Source: Thermoanaerobaculia bacterium (GTDB lineage Bacteria > Acidobacteriota > Thermoanaerobaculia > Gp7-AA8). Taken from it: a stretch of 64,000 nucleotides of DNA. The notes under the pieces are model-generated. The model saw only the letters and a program-made list of their open reading frames with translations. It was not told the origin of the DNA and searched no databases. The translations under genes and the position numbers were made by a program. Positions 21,207 to 31,469 of the stretch are shown piece by piece. Location of the stretch: positions 30,591 through 94,590 of the forward strand of contig DATMNC010000062.1 of assembly GCA_035569395.1 (NCBI GenBank), given 5' to 3'. Every line of letters starts with the position of its first letter. Within the stretch, counting starts at the first letter, position 1.

Positions 21207-21608
21207 TCACGCGGCCGTCTTCAGGAACTTGAGAATCTTTTCCGCCGTCCGTTGCGGGTCCTGGGCCTCTTTGATGAACGGCAGATCTCGCAGGATCCAT
21301 GGATATGGGAACGGCGTCTGCGACGGAGCGCGGCGCTCGACCGTGATGACCCGGTTCTCGAAGCGCGGCGTCGTCATCGCGAATTCGAATGCCTTTTTCA
21401 AGTCCGGAGAACCGCTCGTTTTGGCAGAGAGCACGAGAATCATCGTATCTGCACGATCGAGAGCCCTGGCTCCCGACCGCAGCCAATTCGTTCCAGGTTC
21501 GACGTCGCTGGCGTCGAGCCACGCATCAATACCGGCGCCGCGGAGGGAGTTGGCAATCTCCGCGGCGAAATCGCGATCGGCGTCGCCGTGACTGATGAAT
21601 ACGAACAT
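21207..21608 (-). CDS. small standalone TIR-like (flavodoxin-fold, TIR_2/DUF1863-like) protein
   Basis: MFVFISHGDADRDFAAEIANSLRGAGIDAWLDASDVEPGTNW...ADTMILVLSAKTSGSPDLKKAFEFA matches TIR-like motifs; 12-bp gap to AOR and overlapping junction with moaD-like gene. Confidence 0.6.
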   Translation of the reverse strand: MFVFISHGDADRDFAAEIANSLRGAGIDAWLDASDVEPGTNWLRSGARALDRADTMILVLSAKTSGSPDLKKAFEFAMTTPRFENRVITVERRAPSQTPFPYPWILRDLPFIKEAQDPQRTAEKILKFLKTAA

Positions 21609-21620
21609 AGCCCCTTTATT

Positions 21621-23576
21621 CTACGCCGTCAGCACCGTCTCCAGCTCCTCACGCCACTCCGGCTTCGGCATCCCTTCCTCGGTCAGATTCGAGACCTCGT
21701 AGAAGCGGGAGAGCATCTTGTCGAACTCGCCGCGGTCGATTTTTTCGCCTTTGTAGGGGCCGACGCCGATCGCTTCCTCGAACCAGCGTTTGGGGAGGGT
21801 GTCGTCGGCGCGGGTGACGCCGAGTCTGGCGTTGATGAGACGCTCGACACCCATCACGTTCAGACCGATGCCGTCGATGGCCTGCTTCGTCAGCTCGATA
21901 CCGGTGACGTTGGCTACCTGATCGGCAAACTCCTCGTAGCCCGGGAGCGAGGGGGAATTGAAGAGCTTCGTGGTGAAACGGCACATGCCGACCGAATCGC
22001 CCACGGCGTAGATGTTCTCGCAGCGGCGGACGGCGATCTCTTTCCCCTCGTAGCTGTTCGGCTCCGCGGAGACTGGTCCGCCGTATAGCTCGGCCTTGAA
22101 ATCGGGGGAGTCGTTGATCTTGGCGTTGATCTCCAGCGTCACCCGGTTGCGAAGGTGGTCCATGCCGCGCGTGGCCACGGCCAGGCCGAGGGCGAAGGCT
22201 TTGAGGATGCGGGCATCGTGCGGATCGCTTTGCGTGAGACCCTTCACGGCCATCAGGTAGTCGAGCGACTCGACCGGATACTTGCCGTTTGCGACCGCCT
22301 GCGACGAATCGGCGATCACGTCGCCGAAACCTTCGCGCCTCGCGGTCATGAAGAGGAGCTGCTCGATGGCGTCGTAGTTGCCCCACGTCAGATCGAGCCG
22401 CGTCTCTTCGCGGGTGATGATGCCGCGCTGGTAGAGCTCCATGGCCCAGGAGATGGCCGAGCCGGAGGAGGCGGTGTCGAGTCCGAGGTCGTTGCAGATG
22501 TTGTTCAGACGCAGCACTTGCGTCACCTCGGTGATGCCGACGTTCGGACCGAACTTGCCGAGTGTCACGTACTCGGGACCGTCGCCTTTGATGTATTTGT
22601 CGGGACGGACGTTCGTATCGTTCGACATGTCATTCAACGGACGGCAGTTGACCGGGCAGGCGAAACAGCCCTCCATGCCCGGGCGGTAGGGATCGATGTT
22701 CTCGGCGTCGAGCTTGTCGGTCCAGGTCGTTTCCTGATTGTTCTTCGTCCCCATCGCGCCGAGCATGCGCGACGGTTTGTAGAGGAACGGCGTGCCGCGC
22801 TTTTTCAGGGCATTTTTCACCACCGAGGTGTTGAGGAGCTTCAACGCCACATCCCGGTTGCGGAGCTTGTGCGGGCGGGCGGTAGTGAGGTCGGCGTGGC
22901 GTCCCTGAATCAGCACTGCTTTGAGGTTGAGCGCACCCATCTTCGCGCCCGGGCCACCGCGGGCGTAGATCGCTTTCGGACCGGCCATGATCCCGGAACA
23001 GAGGACGAGGTTCTCGCCGGCGGTGGTGATGGCCGCCAGCCCATAGTCCTTCCCTTCGACACCGTGAAAGTCTTCGGCGATCTTCGCACGCAGGTCGAGG
23101 TTGTCGAGCCCGACCCATGGCGTGGCATCGACGAATTTGGGCTCATTCCCCTCGAAGTGCAGCAGCGTCCAGGCCGGCGCTTTCCCGTAGAGGACGAGGT
23201 GATCGATGCCGTTGAGCTTCATGAACGACGGGAAGTAGTCGCCGGCGTTCGAATCCATCAATACCCGCGACTCCGGCGACCACGAGGTGACGTTGCCGCG
23301 CGATGCCGAGGGCACCATCGACGTCAGGATGCCGGTGCCGAAGATGAGCGGGACGTGGGGATGAATCGGCTCGAGTGTTTCATCGAGCAGGTTGTGAAGC
23401 AGGAACATGTTTACACCGCGCCCGCCGAGGAGAGCGTTGACGACGCGAAGCGGAATCCAGGCCCGGCGCACCTCCCGCCGCTCGAGGTCGACGAAGATCG
23501 TCTCCCCCTGCGTCGGGAATTGCTGCTCGGAGGCGAGCCGGGTCAGGAGCGCGTCGACGCGCGTGTGGATCGACAT
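21621..23576 (-). CDS. aor: tungsten-containing aldehyde:ferredoxin oxidoreductase (AOR family)
   Basis: 651 aa; AOR N-terminal and catalytic domain pattern including the Cys-rich 4Fe-4S region. Confidence 0.9.
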   Translation of the reverse strand: MSIHTRVDALLTRLASEQQFPTQGETIFVDLERREVRRAWIPLRVVNALLGGRGVNMFLLHNLLDETLEPIHPHVPLIFGTGILTSMVPSASRGNVTSWSPESRVLMDSNAGDYFPSFMKLNGIDHLVLYGKAPAWTLLHFEGNEPKFVDATPWVGLDNLDLRAKIAEDFHGVEGKDYGLAAITTAGENLVLCSGIMAGPKAIYARGGPGAKMGALNLKAVLIQGRHADLTTARPHKLRNRDVALKLLNTSVVKNALKKRGTPFLYKPSRMLGAMGTKNNQETTWTDKLDAENIDPYRPGMEGCFACPVNCRPLNDMSNDTNVRPDKYIKGDGPEYVTLGKFGPNVGITEVTQVLRLNNICNDLGLDTASSGSAISWAMELYQRGIITREETRLDLTWGNYDAIEQLLFMTARREGFGDVIADSSQAVANGKYPVESLDYLMAVKGLTQSDPHDARILKAFALGLAVATRGMDHLRNRVTLEINAKINDSPDFKAELYGGPVSAEPNSYEGKEIAVRRCENIYAVGDSVGMCRFTTKLFNSPSLPGYEEFADQVANVTGIELTKQAIDGIGLNVMGVERLINARLGVTRADDTLPKRWFEEAIGVGPYKGEKIDRGEFDKMLSRFYEVSNLTEEGMPKPEWREELETVLTA

Positions 23577-23606
23577 GTGCGGAGTCTAGAACAGGGCCAT
23601 CGAACG

Positions 23607-24617
23607 TCAAATGTCCAGAAGGACGAGGCCGTGCTCGAAGCGGTGCTCTCCTTCACGCGGAATGGCCGCATCATTGCGGCAGATCAGGACGTTACGCAGC
23701 TCGACCGGCGCGGCGATCTCCACGCCGTGCGCGACGACGCAGGAATCGAGGACGACGCCTTTCGCGATCCAGCAATCGTCCCAGACAACGCTGCCGTCCA
23801 ATCTCCCCTCGATGACGCTGCGCGCGCCGGCGATGCTGCGCGTCATCGTACCGGTCACGACGGCCGTGTCATCGAACAGCGAGTCGCCGGCGACGTGCGT
23901 GCCGCGCGCGGGCGCGAGACGGCCAAGCACGGTGAGGTCTAGCAGCGTGCGTGACGCGGCCACGTAGCGTTGCGGCGTTCCGATGTCGAACCAGAGACTG
24001 TCGTCGACAACGCCGGCAATCGTTTCACGGCCACTGTCGATGAGCGGCTGATAGACCTCGTCGACGATGCCGGAGAAGTCTTTGTCCGGAAGGTAGTCGA
24101 AGATGCGGTTCGAGATCAGGTGTGTGCCGGAGAACATCAGCGCCTCGCCGATTCCTCTGCCGAAGCCGTTGACGCGGCCATCTTCGAAGTAAACCGGCGT
24201 GAAGCGATCACCCGGTGGTGGATGTCGCAGCGTCAATACCGCAAGTGCGTCGCTCCGCGCTGCAAGCAAGGCGTCGTATGACGGGAACTGAATCGTGTCA
24301 CCGTTGACAAGGAAAAACTCGGCGTCCCGCTCCAGAAGACTGCGCACCTTTCGTACACCGCCACCGGTCCCGAGAATCTCCGGCTCGTACGAAAACTCGA
24401 ACCGCGCGTCCGCAAACCGGTCCCGAAGAAATCGCTCGATCGGCTCGAGAAGATGGTGGAGGTTGACGATGAAATCGCGGATACCGAATGCGAGCAACGA
24501 TTCAATCGCCCAGGCCACGAGTGGCTGTCCGCACAACGGCACGAGCGGCTTCGGCAGCGTGTACGTGACCGGCCGGAGACGCGTGCCGTAGCCGGCGGCG
24601 AGGATCATGGCCTTCAT
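23607..24617 (-). CDS. sugar-phosphate nucleotidyltransferase with C-terminal left-handed beta-helix
   Basis: MKAMILAAGYGTRLRPVTYTLPKPLVPL is the NTP_transferase G-x-G-T-R-L motif. Confidence 0.8.
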   Translation of the reverse strand: MKAMILAAGYGTRLRPVTYTLPKPLVPLCGQPLVAWAIESLLAFGIRDFIVNLHHLLEPIERFLRDRFADARFEFSYEPEILGTGGGVRKVRSLLERDAEFFLVNGDTIQFPSYDALLAARSDALAVLTLRHPPPGDRFTPVYFEDGRVNGFGRGIGEALMFSGTHLISNRIFDYLPDKDFSGIVDEVYQPLIDSGRETIAGVVDDSLWFDIGTPQRYVAASRTLLDLTVLGRLAPARGTHVAGDSLFDDTAVVTGTMTRSIAGARSVIEGRLDGSVVWDDCWIAKGVVLDSCVVAHGVEIAAPVELRNVLICRNDAAIPREGEHRFEHGLVLLDI

Positions 24618-24619
24618 TG

Positions 24620-24709
24620 CGGTTGCGGGGTCCCGAGGTTGCGCGGTCTCGCGGTTGTGTAGGGCGAAGAAACTGCGAGACCGCGTAACCGCGAGACCCC
24701 GCGACCGCG
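24620..24709. repeat. intergenic hairpin element, family B
   Basis: gcggttgcggggtcccgaggttgcgcggtctcgcggttgtg...ctgcgagaccgcgtaaccgcgagaccccgcgaccgcgc. Confidence 0.75.
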
Positions 24710-24711
24710 CA

Positions 24712-25269
24712 TCACAGTTGCTCCGGCGGAAAGATCATGTTCTCGCCCAGATCGGGCCGTGTCCGTCTCGCCAATCGATAGAGGTCCGCGTAGGTCTGCC
24801 GGATGGCCTGCTCCATCGTCATCCCCAGCTCGGCGGCGATGGTGCGGATGACGTCGATGGGGCCTTCGATCTCGAAGTAGTCGCCGATGGGGGTGCGGTC
24901 GAGGACGACTTCGACCTCTTTGATGCGCCAGACCTCGCGGAACTTCTGGTAGCGGAAGACCGGCTTGTATCCGAGGGCATCGAAGAGCTGGATGGCCAGC
25001 TCGAAACTCTCGACGCCGGTCTGCACTTCCTCGCGCGACTTCACCCCTCCCTCGATCGACATCGGCCCTTTGTAGGTCGCGATCGAGTACTTGCCGAACT
25101 TGCGCACGCGCAGCAGCGAGCCTTTGGTCCGCAGCTCGCCGCGGCGGTCGAGGACGATGTTGTCCTCGAAGGTCTCGGGATAGAGCCGCTGCCCGCCGAT
25201 GTCATGCAGCTTCCGCACGAGATCGGCGCGGTCTTTGAGGGCGAATTTGACTTCGATTTCCTGAGGCAT
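24712..25269 (-). CDS. CYTH-domain protein (CyaB/thiamine-triphosphatase-like)
   Basis: EIEVKFAL...start with ExExK motif typical of CYTH; start taken at MPQEIEVKF. Confidence 0.75.
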   Translation of the reverse strand: MPQEIEVKFALKDRADLVRKLHDIGGQRLYPETFEDNIVLDRRGELRTKGSLLRVRKFGKYSIATYKGPMSIEGGVKSREEVQTGVESFELAIQLFDALGYKPVFRYQKFREVWRIKEVEVVLDRTPIGDYFEIEGPIDVIRTIAAELGMTMEQAIRQTYADLYRLARRTRPDLGENMIFPPEQL

Positions 25270-25273
25270 GGCG

Positions 25274-25362
25274 TGGGTTGCTCGGTTGCTGGGTTGCTTG
25301 GTTGCTCGGTGCCAGTGATTTGACTCTACCCAGCAACGCAGCAACCGAGAAACCCTGCAACC
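25274..25362. repeat. intergenic hairpin element, family C
   Basis: gggttgctcggttgctgggttgcttggttgctcgg...cccagcaacgcagcaaccgagaaaccctgcaacc. Confidence 0.75.
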
Positions 25363-26535
25363 TCACTCCCGCAGCACCTCCACTCCCGGCAGCGTTTCCC
25401 CCGAGATGAACTCCAGCGATGCGCCGCCGCCGGTGGAGATATGGCTGATGCGGCTGGCGTACCCGGACGCTTTCACGGCTTCGACCGATTCGCCACCGCC
25501 GACGACCGTGGTCCCGCCAGCCTCGGCCACCGATCGCGCCACGGCCATCGTTCCCTTCGCGAAGGCTTCGTTCTCGAACACGCCCATCGGCCCGTTCCAG
25601 AAAATCGTGCGCGCTCCTTTCAGGATCGCGTCGTACGCCGCGATCGTCTTCGGTCCGATGTCGAAGGCCTTCTGACCGGCGGTCAGACCGCTCGATACAT
25701 CGACCGTCTCGATTGTCTTCGGCTGTTCCAGATCGTCGGCGACGATGAGATCGACCGGCAGCGTCACGTTCGTGATCCTCTTCGCCACTTCGAGCGAATC
25801 GTTGTCGACGAGCGAGCCGCCCATGGCGACGCCTCGGGCGGCCAGAAACGTGTTCGCCATCCCGCCGCCGACGAGGACCGTGTCCGCGAGCTTGACGAGC
25901 GCTTCGAGCGGTTCGATCTTGCCGGCGATCTTGGCGCCGCCGAGGAGGGCGACGAAGGGGCGGTCGGAAACGTTGGTGATCTTCTGCAGGAACTCGATTT
26001 CTTTCGCCAGCAGGAGGCCGCCGGCGGTGTGCGCCTTGTCGAACAGGCGCGCAAGCGCATCGATCGAGGCGTGGGCTCTGTGGCAGGCGCCAAAGGCATC
26101 GTTGACGTAGTAGCCAGCGAGCTTGCGCAACTGCTCGGCAAAGGCGTGGTCATTCGCCTCTTCACCGGCGTGGAAACGAAGGTTCTCGAGAAGCAGAACG
26201 TGTCCCGGCGCTAGGGCTGACGCCTTCGCTTCGGCTTCGCTGCCGATGCAGTCATCCGACCATTGCACGCCGGCTTCGAGCAGCTCGGCCAGTCTTGCGC
26301 GGACCGGTTCCAGCGAGTACTTCGCCTTCCGCTCCCCCTTCGGTCTGCCGAGGTGGCTGGCGATCACGACGGCGGCTCCGGCAGCGCGGAGACGGCGAAG
26401 AGTCGGCAACGTCTCCTCGATGCGGGTGGCGTCGGTGATCCTTGCACCGTCGAGCGGCACGTTGTAATCGACACGGTAAAACACACGCGCGCCGGCCGGG
26501 AGCGAAAGGTCGTCGAGGGTACGGATCGTGATCAT
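25363..26535 (-). CDS. pgk: phosphoglycerate kinase
   Basis: 390 aa, canonical PGK N-terminus and full-length pattern. Confidence 0.95.
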   Translation of the reverse strand: MITIRTLDDLSLPAGARVFYRVDYNVPLDGARITDATRIEETLPTLRRLRAAGAAVVIASHLGRPKGERKAKYSLEPVRARLAELLEAGVQWSDDCIGSEAEAKASALAPGHVLLLENLRFHAGEEANDHAFAEQLRKLAGYYVNDAFGACHRAHASIDALARLFDKAHTAGGLLLAKEIEFLQKITNVSDRPFVALLGGAKIAGKIEPLEALVKLADTVLVGGGMANTFLAARGVAMGGSLVDNDSLEVAKRITNVTLPVDLIVADDLEQPKTIETVDVSSGLTAGQKAFDIGPKTIAAYDAILKGARTIFWNGPMGVFENEAFAKGTMAVARSVAEAGGTTVVGGGESVEAVKASGYASRISHISTGGGASLEFISGETLPGVEVLRE

Positions 26536-26546
26536 TTTTATGAGAA

Positions 26547-26625
26547 GTTATCGGTTGTCGGTTATCGGTTCTCGGTTGCGGCCACAACCCACAACTGACA
26601 ACTGACAACCGATAACCGACAACCA
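26547..26625. repeat. intergenic hairpin element, family A
   Basis: gttatcggttgtcggttatcggttctcggttgcgg / ccacaacccacaactgacaactgacaaccgataaccgacaacc. Confidence 0.75.
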
Positions 26626-26640
26626 ATTCGCGTCAGCGTC

Positions 26641-27669
26641 TCATGACGACATCGTAAACGACTCCCTCTTCACCCGCGCCACGTGCGCGATCAGATCGAG
26701 GATACGGTTCGAGTAACCCCACTCGTTGTCGTACCACGACAGCACCTTGTGCATGTGCGGGTCGACCGAACGGGTGAAAGTCGTATCGACGATCGCCGAA
26801 TACGAGTTGTGGTTGAAATCGACCGAAACGAGCTGTTCGTCGGAGTAGGTCAGGATGCCCTTCAGCGCGCCGTTCGCGGACTCGCGCAGCACAGCGTTGA
26901 TCTCATCCGCGTTCGTCGCCTTTTCGGTGCGGAAGGTCAGATCGACGAGCGAAACATTCGGCGTGGGAACGCGGACGGAGATGCCGTCGAACTTTCCCTT
27001 CAACTCGGGCAGCACCAGGCCTACGGCCTTGGCGGCGCCGGTCGTCGTCGGGATCATCGACATCGCTGCCGCGCGTCCGCGGCGGACGTCCTTGTGCGGG
27101 AGATCGAGGATCTCCTGATCGTTCGTGTAGGAGTGAATCGTGGTCATGATCCCCATCTCGATGCCGAACTTCTCGTGCAGCACCTTCGCCACGGGCGCCA
27201 GGCAGTTGGTGGTGCAGGAGGCGTTCGAGACGATCTTGTGCGCGGCGGGATCAAAATCCTGCTCGTTGACGCCGATGCAGATGGTCACGTCGGCATCCTT
27301 CGAGGGGGCGGAGATGATTACCTGCTCGACCGATTTCCGGAGATGGAGCGATGCCTTCGTCTTCGACGTGAACCGGCCCGACGACTCGACGACGATCTCG
27401 GCGCCGGCTTCGCCCCACGGGATGTCGGAGGGATCGGGAGAGCAGAAAACACGAAGCTCTTTCCTGTCGATGGTGATGCCATTGGCCGTATGTCCGACCT
27501 CGTTCGGAATGGTGTGATGAACCGAGTCGTACTTCAGGAGATACGCCAGCGTCGCGGCGTCCGTGAGATCGTTGACGGCGACGAATTCGATATCGAGATT
27601 GCGCTCGAGCGCGGCGCGGAGCACATTGCGTCCGATACGCCCGAAACCATTGATTCCTACCCTGACCAT
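26641..27669 (-). CDS. gap: type I glyceraldehyde-3-phosphate dehydrogenase
   Basis: MVRVGINGFGRIGRNVLRAA...SCTTNCLAP. Confidence 0.95.
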   Translation of the reverse strand: MVRVGINGFGRIGRNVLRAALERNLDIEFVAVNDLTDAATLAYLLKYDSVHHTIPNEVGHTANGITIDRKELRVFCSPDPSDIPWGEAGAEIVVESSGRFTSKTKASLHLRKSVEQVIISAPSKDADVTICIGVNEQDFDPAAHKIVSNASCTTNCLAPVAKVLHEKFGIEMGIMTTIHSYTNDQEILDLPHKDVRRGRAAAMSMIPTTTGAAKAVGLVLPELKGKFDGISVRVPTPNVSLVDLTFRTEKATNADEINAVLRESANGALKGILTYSDEQLVSVDFNHNSYSAIVDTTFTRSVDPHMHKVLSWYDNEWGYSNRILDLIAHVARVKRESFTMSS

Positions 27670-27722
27670 TGATCCTCCGAAAGCTAGCCGTAGTATAACG
27701 ACCGCCTTTCACTGCGAACCGC

Positions 27723-28706
27723 ATGCACGTTGAACCTATTCGCTGGCGCGGCAACGCGCTGGACCTCCTCGATCAGCGCCTGTTGCCCCGGGAAGTCCGC
27801 TGGGTGAGCTGCACGGACGCGCACGAGGTCGCCGTGGCCATCCGGGACATGATCGTCCGCGGCGCGCCGGCCATCGGTGTTTCGGCGGCATTCGGTGTCG
27901 CGCTTGCGGCCCGGCGCGGCGACGATATCGATGACGCCGCGGCGGAGTTGCGGGCATCGCGTCCGACGGCCGTCAATCTGATGTGGGCGCTGGACAGAAT
28001 GCTCGCAGCACGGGAGGCCGGCCGCGATCTGACCGCCGAGGCCGAGTCGATGTTTCGCGAAGACGTCGAAGCCAACAAGCGCATCGGCCGCTACGGCGCC
28101 GAGCTTCTCGGCGAATCGGTCACCGTTCTGACCCACTGCAATGCCGGAGCGTTGGCGACCGCGGGCTACGGCACGGCGCTCGGCGTAATCCGCGCGGCGG
28201 TCGAAGAGGGCAAGCGCGTGGCGGTCTTCGCCGACGAGACGCGTCCCTACCTGCAGGGCGCGCGATTGACGGCGTGGGAGCTGAAGCAGGAAAACATCGA
28301 CGTCACCCTCATCACCGACAGCATGGCCGGTCACTTCTTCCAACAGGGACGTTTCGACGCCGTGATCGTCGGCGCCGACCGCATCGCCGCGAACGGCGAC
28401 ACGGCGAACAAGATCGGCACGTACACGGTGGCCGTCCTCGCGAACGCCCACGGCGTTCCGTTCTACGTGGCCGCGCCGCTGTCGACGATCGACGTGAACA
28501 CACCAACCGGTGCAGGCATCGACATCGAGGAACGGAGCGCGGCGGAGGTGACGTCGATGAACGGTGTTTCGATCGCGCCGGATGGGATCAACGTCCGCCA
28601 TCCGGCCTTCGATGTCACGCCGGCGCGCCTGATCAGCGCCATCATCACCGACCGCGGTCTGCTGCGCGCGCCGTACGACGAATCGATTCGCGAGGTATTT
28701 CGATGA
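27723..28706 (+). CDS. mtnA: S-methyl-5-thioribose-1-phosphate isomerase (eIF-2B alpha/beta/delta family)
   Basis: 327 aa, MtnA-like pattern throughout. Confidence 0.85.
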   Translation: MHVEPIRWRGNALDLLDQRLLPREVRWVSCTDAHEVAVAIRDMIVRGAPAIGVSAAFGVALAARRGDDIDDAAAELRASRPTAVNLMWALDRMLAAREAGRDLTAEAESMFREDVEANKRIGRYGAELLGESVTVLTHCNAGALATAGYGTALGVIRAAVEEGKRVAVFADETRPYLQGARLTAWELKQENIDVTLITDSMAGHFFQQGRFDAVIVGADRIAANGDTANKIGTYTVAVLANAHGVPFYVAAPLSTIDVNTPTGAGIDIEERSAAEVTSMNGVSIAPDGINVRHPAFDVTPARLISAIITDRGLLRAPYDESIREVFR

Positions 28707-29233
28707 CCGAGGATCCGAGTATCGAGCCTGCGCCGGCGGCGGCGCTCGAGGAAACACCCGTCGAAGTCAGCGTCCCGCCTGAGGAATCGCGTCAGCCGCG
28801 AAAGTCCTCGCTGGCAATTACCCGCCTAATCCAGGCGCTCTGGCTCGGCAGCGGCGTATTTCTCATGCTTTCGGCCTCGGCTGCATTCAGCGCGGCGACC
28901 AATCCCACCGATGCCGCCAATGTCGTCGGCGCGATCCTCACGCGCTGGCACTACATCGCCCTTCTCGCGCCGCTCTTTCTCCTGTTCCTGGAGTGGCGCC
29001 GCAGCCGGACTGTGATGCTGGTCATCCTCTTCGTGGCCATCCTCCTGGCGTCGTTCCAGGCGCTGCTCGACACCCGCATCCGGATCATCCGCGCCGAGTC
29101 GTTTGCCCCGATCAGCAGCCTTCCGTCTGATGATCCAGTGCGGCGACAGTTCGGAATGCTTCACGGCATCTCGCAACTGTTTCTCCTCGGCCAGGTCATT
29201 GCGGCAGCGACAGCGATCGCCATCCGCGAGTAG
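28704..29233 (+). CDS. hypothetical membrane protein
   Basis: Start MTEDPS overlapping the mtnA stop; 4 predicted TM helices. Confidence 0.45.
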
Positions 29234-29332
29234 GCCGCACGGCCGGCGGCGTTGGTTGACCGTCGGTTGACCAAGCTCCGCCAACAGCGCTTGAATAACG
29301 TTCCACCGCGGCAGACTCCTATAATCCGAGCT

Positions 29333-30736
29333 GTGAACCTGCTGATCGTCGATGACGAGGCGTCGCTACGCGACTTTCTCTCGATCGTCTTTGAAGAGGA
29401 ACGCTGGCGCGTGGAGACGGCCGGCTCGCTTGCCGAGGCGCGAATGGCGATGGCGAAACACGAGCCCGACATCATTCTCTGCGACCTCATGCTGCCGGAC
29501 GGATCGGGCATCGACCTGTTGCGCGAAGTGAAAACCGCGACGCCGTCCGTGGCCGTGGTGATGATCACCGCACACACCTCGACGAAGTCGGCGGTTGAGG
29601 CGCTCAAGGCAGGGGCCTTCGACTACATCGCCAAACCATTCGACATCGACGAGCTGAAGATCATCGTCCGCAACGCCGCGGAGCGGAAGGAGCTGGAGGA
29701 CGAGAACATCCACCTCCGCACGGCGCTCGAGGAGCGCTTCACCTTCTCCAACATCATCGGCCGCAGCGCGCGCATGCAGGAGATCTTCTCCATCGTGCAG
29801 CGCATTGCCAAGACCACCTCGACGGTGCTGATCTCGGGCGACTCAGGCACCGGCAAGGAGCTGATCGCCCGGGCCATCCACTACAACTCCGGCCGCCGCG
29901 GAAAGTTCGTCTCGATCAACTGCGGCGCTCTGCCGGAGACGCTGCTGGAGTCGGAGCTCTTCGGACACGAGCGCGGCGCCTTCACCGGCGCGATCCGCGA
30001 GAAAAAAGGACTCTTCACGGAAGCCGACCGCGGGACGATTTTCCTCGACGAGATCGGCGAGACCTCGACGGCCATGCAGATCAAGCTGTTGCGCGTGCTG
30101 CAGGACCACGTGGTACGCCGCGTCGGCTCGAACAGCGAGACGCAGGTCGAGGTGCGCGTTATCGCGGCCACGAATCGCGATCTCGCCGAGTCGATCCGCG
30201 CCGGTTCGTTCCGGGAGGATCTCTTCTACCGCATCAACGTGATCCCGATCGCCCTTCCGCCGCTGCGGCAGCGGCGCGAGGACATCGCTCTGCTGGTGGA
30301 GCACTTCATCACCAAATACTCCAAGTCGATGGGGGTGCCCCAGAAAAGGATCTCGTCCGATGCCATGCGCTCGATCGAGAAGTACCACTGGCCCGGCAAT
30401 GTGCGCGAGCTGGAGAACGTCATCGAACGGATGATCGCGCTGGAAGCGTCGGACGTGTTGACGACGAAGTCGCTCCCGGAGCATGTTCTTCTCGGTGGCT
30501 CGATGCCGGACGTCACGTTTGATCTTCCGGCCGACGGGATCTCGCTGGTGGACCACCTCGAGGGAATCGGAAAGATCTTCATGCTGAAGGCGCTGGAGCG
30601 CACCGGCGGAGTCCAAACGCAGGCAGCCGAGCTGCTGCGGATGTCGTTCCGCTCCTTCCGCTACTACGCCAAGAAATATGACCTCATCTCCCGCGAGCGG
30701 CTGGACGAGGTGGTCGAGGTGGAAAATGAAAGCTAG
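29333..30736 (+). CDS. sigma-54-dependent response regulator (NtrC family: REC + AAA+ + Fis HTH)
   Basis: REC domain with D54 context LCDLMLPDGSG, Walker A GDSGTGKE, GAFTGA motif, C-terminal HTH; GTG start at VNLLIVDDE. Confidence 0.9.
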   Translation: MNLLIVDDEASLRDFLSIVFEEERWRVETAGSLAEARMAMAKHEPDIILCDLMLPDGSGIDLLREVKTATPSVAVVMITAHTSTKSAVEALKAGAFDYIAKPFDIDELKIIVRNAAERKELEDENIHLRTALEERFTFSNIIGRSARMQEIFSIVQRIAKTTSTVLISGDSGTGKELIARAIHYNSGRRGKFVSINCGALPETLLESELFGHERGAFTGAIREKKGLFTEADRGTIFLDEIGETSTAMQIKLLRVLQDHVVRRVGSNSETQVEVRVIAATNRDLAESIRAGSFREDLFYRINVIPIALPPLRQRREDIALLVEHFITKYSKSMGVPQKRISSDAMRSIEKYHWPGNVRELENVIERMIALEASDVLTTKSLPEHVLLGGSMPDVTFDLPADGISLVDHLEGIGKIFMLKALERTGGVQTQAAELLRMSFRSFRYYAKKYDLISRERLDEVVEVENES

Positions 30737-31202
30737 CATTCTGTTGATGTTTGCTCTTGCCTGCACCCAGCGGACGCCAACGCCGAGTCCGGCCACGACG
30801 ATGGCTGCGGCGAGCGCTCAGCGCATCGTCTTTCCCGACCACTTCGTCGTTGCGGTCGAAGTGGCTTCGGACGATGAAACCCGGTCGCAGGGCCTGATGT
30901 ACCGCGATCACCTGGCTGACGATCGGGGGATGATCTTTCTCTTTGTGCAGCCTGGCGACTATCCGTTCTGGATGAAGAACACGCTCATCCCGCTCGACAT
31001 GATCTGGATGGACAGCCAGCACCGCATCGTCCATATCGCCCATGACGTCCAGCCCTGCAAAGCCGACCCCTGCCCGAACTATCCGCCGAAGGCGCAGGCC
31101 TCATCCGTCCTGGAACTGGCCGCCGGCGTGGCGGCCAAGCATCACCTTGCCAACGGCAACGTGCTGCGGTTCGAGGGGCTGGAGAACGTAGTGGTGCGGT
31201 AG
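30726..31202 (+). CDS. DUF192 domain protein (secreted/lipoprotein-like)
   Basis: N-terminal signal MKASILLMFALAC; DUF192-like core. Confidence 0.65.
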   Translation: MKASILLMFALACTQRTPTPSPATTMAAASAQRIVFPDHFVVAVEVASDDETRSQGLMYRDHLADDRGMIFLFVQPGDYPFWMKNTLIPLDMIWMDSQHRIVHIAHDVQPCKADPCPNYPPKAQASSVLELAAGVAAKHHLANGNVLRFEGLENVVVR

Positions 31203-31372
31203 GGGTTGCGGGGTCTCGCGGTCTCGGGGTTGCGCGGTCTCGAAGTTGCGGGGAGCTCTCTGAAATTGGAGTCTCGCGGTCTCGAAGTTGCGCGGTCTCG
31301 CGGTGTTTCGGGCTCACGCGGCGTGATGACGTCGCATCCCGCGAGACCCCGCAACCGCGAGACCCCGCAACC
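31202..31372. repeat. intergenic hairpin element, family B (long left arm, short right arm)
   Basis: ggggttgcggggtctcgcggtctcggggttgcgcggtctcgaagttgcgggg...cgcgagaccccgcaaccgcgagaccccgcaacc. Confidence 0.75.
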
Positions 31373-31469
31373 ACGCCTGCAAACGAATTCAACACTCTCG
31401 CCGTCCAATGCGTAACAACCGCACGGGAGGCATTGAATTATTCAATCCAGGACTTACGTTCGGATCGTC

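Noticed and set aside
22155-23942. 595-aa ORF on + strand across the AOR gene
   Set aside because: Antisense to a clearly conserved AOR coding sequence, with a low-complexity translation
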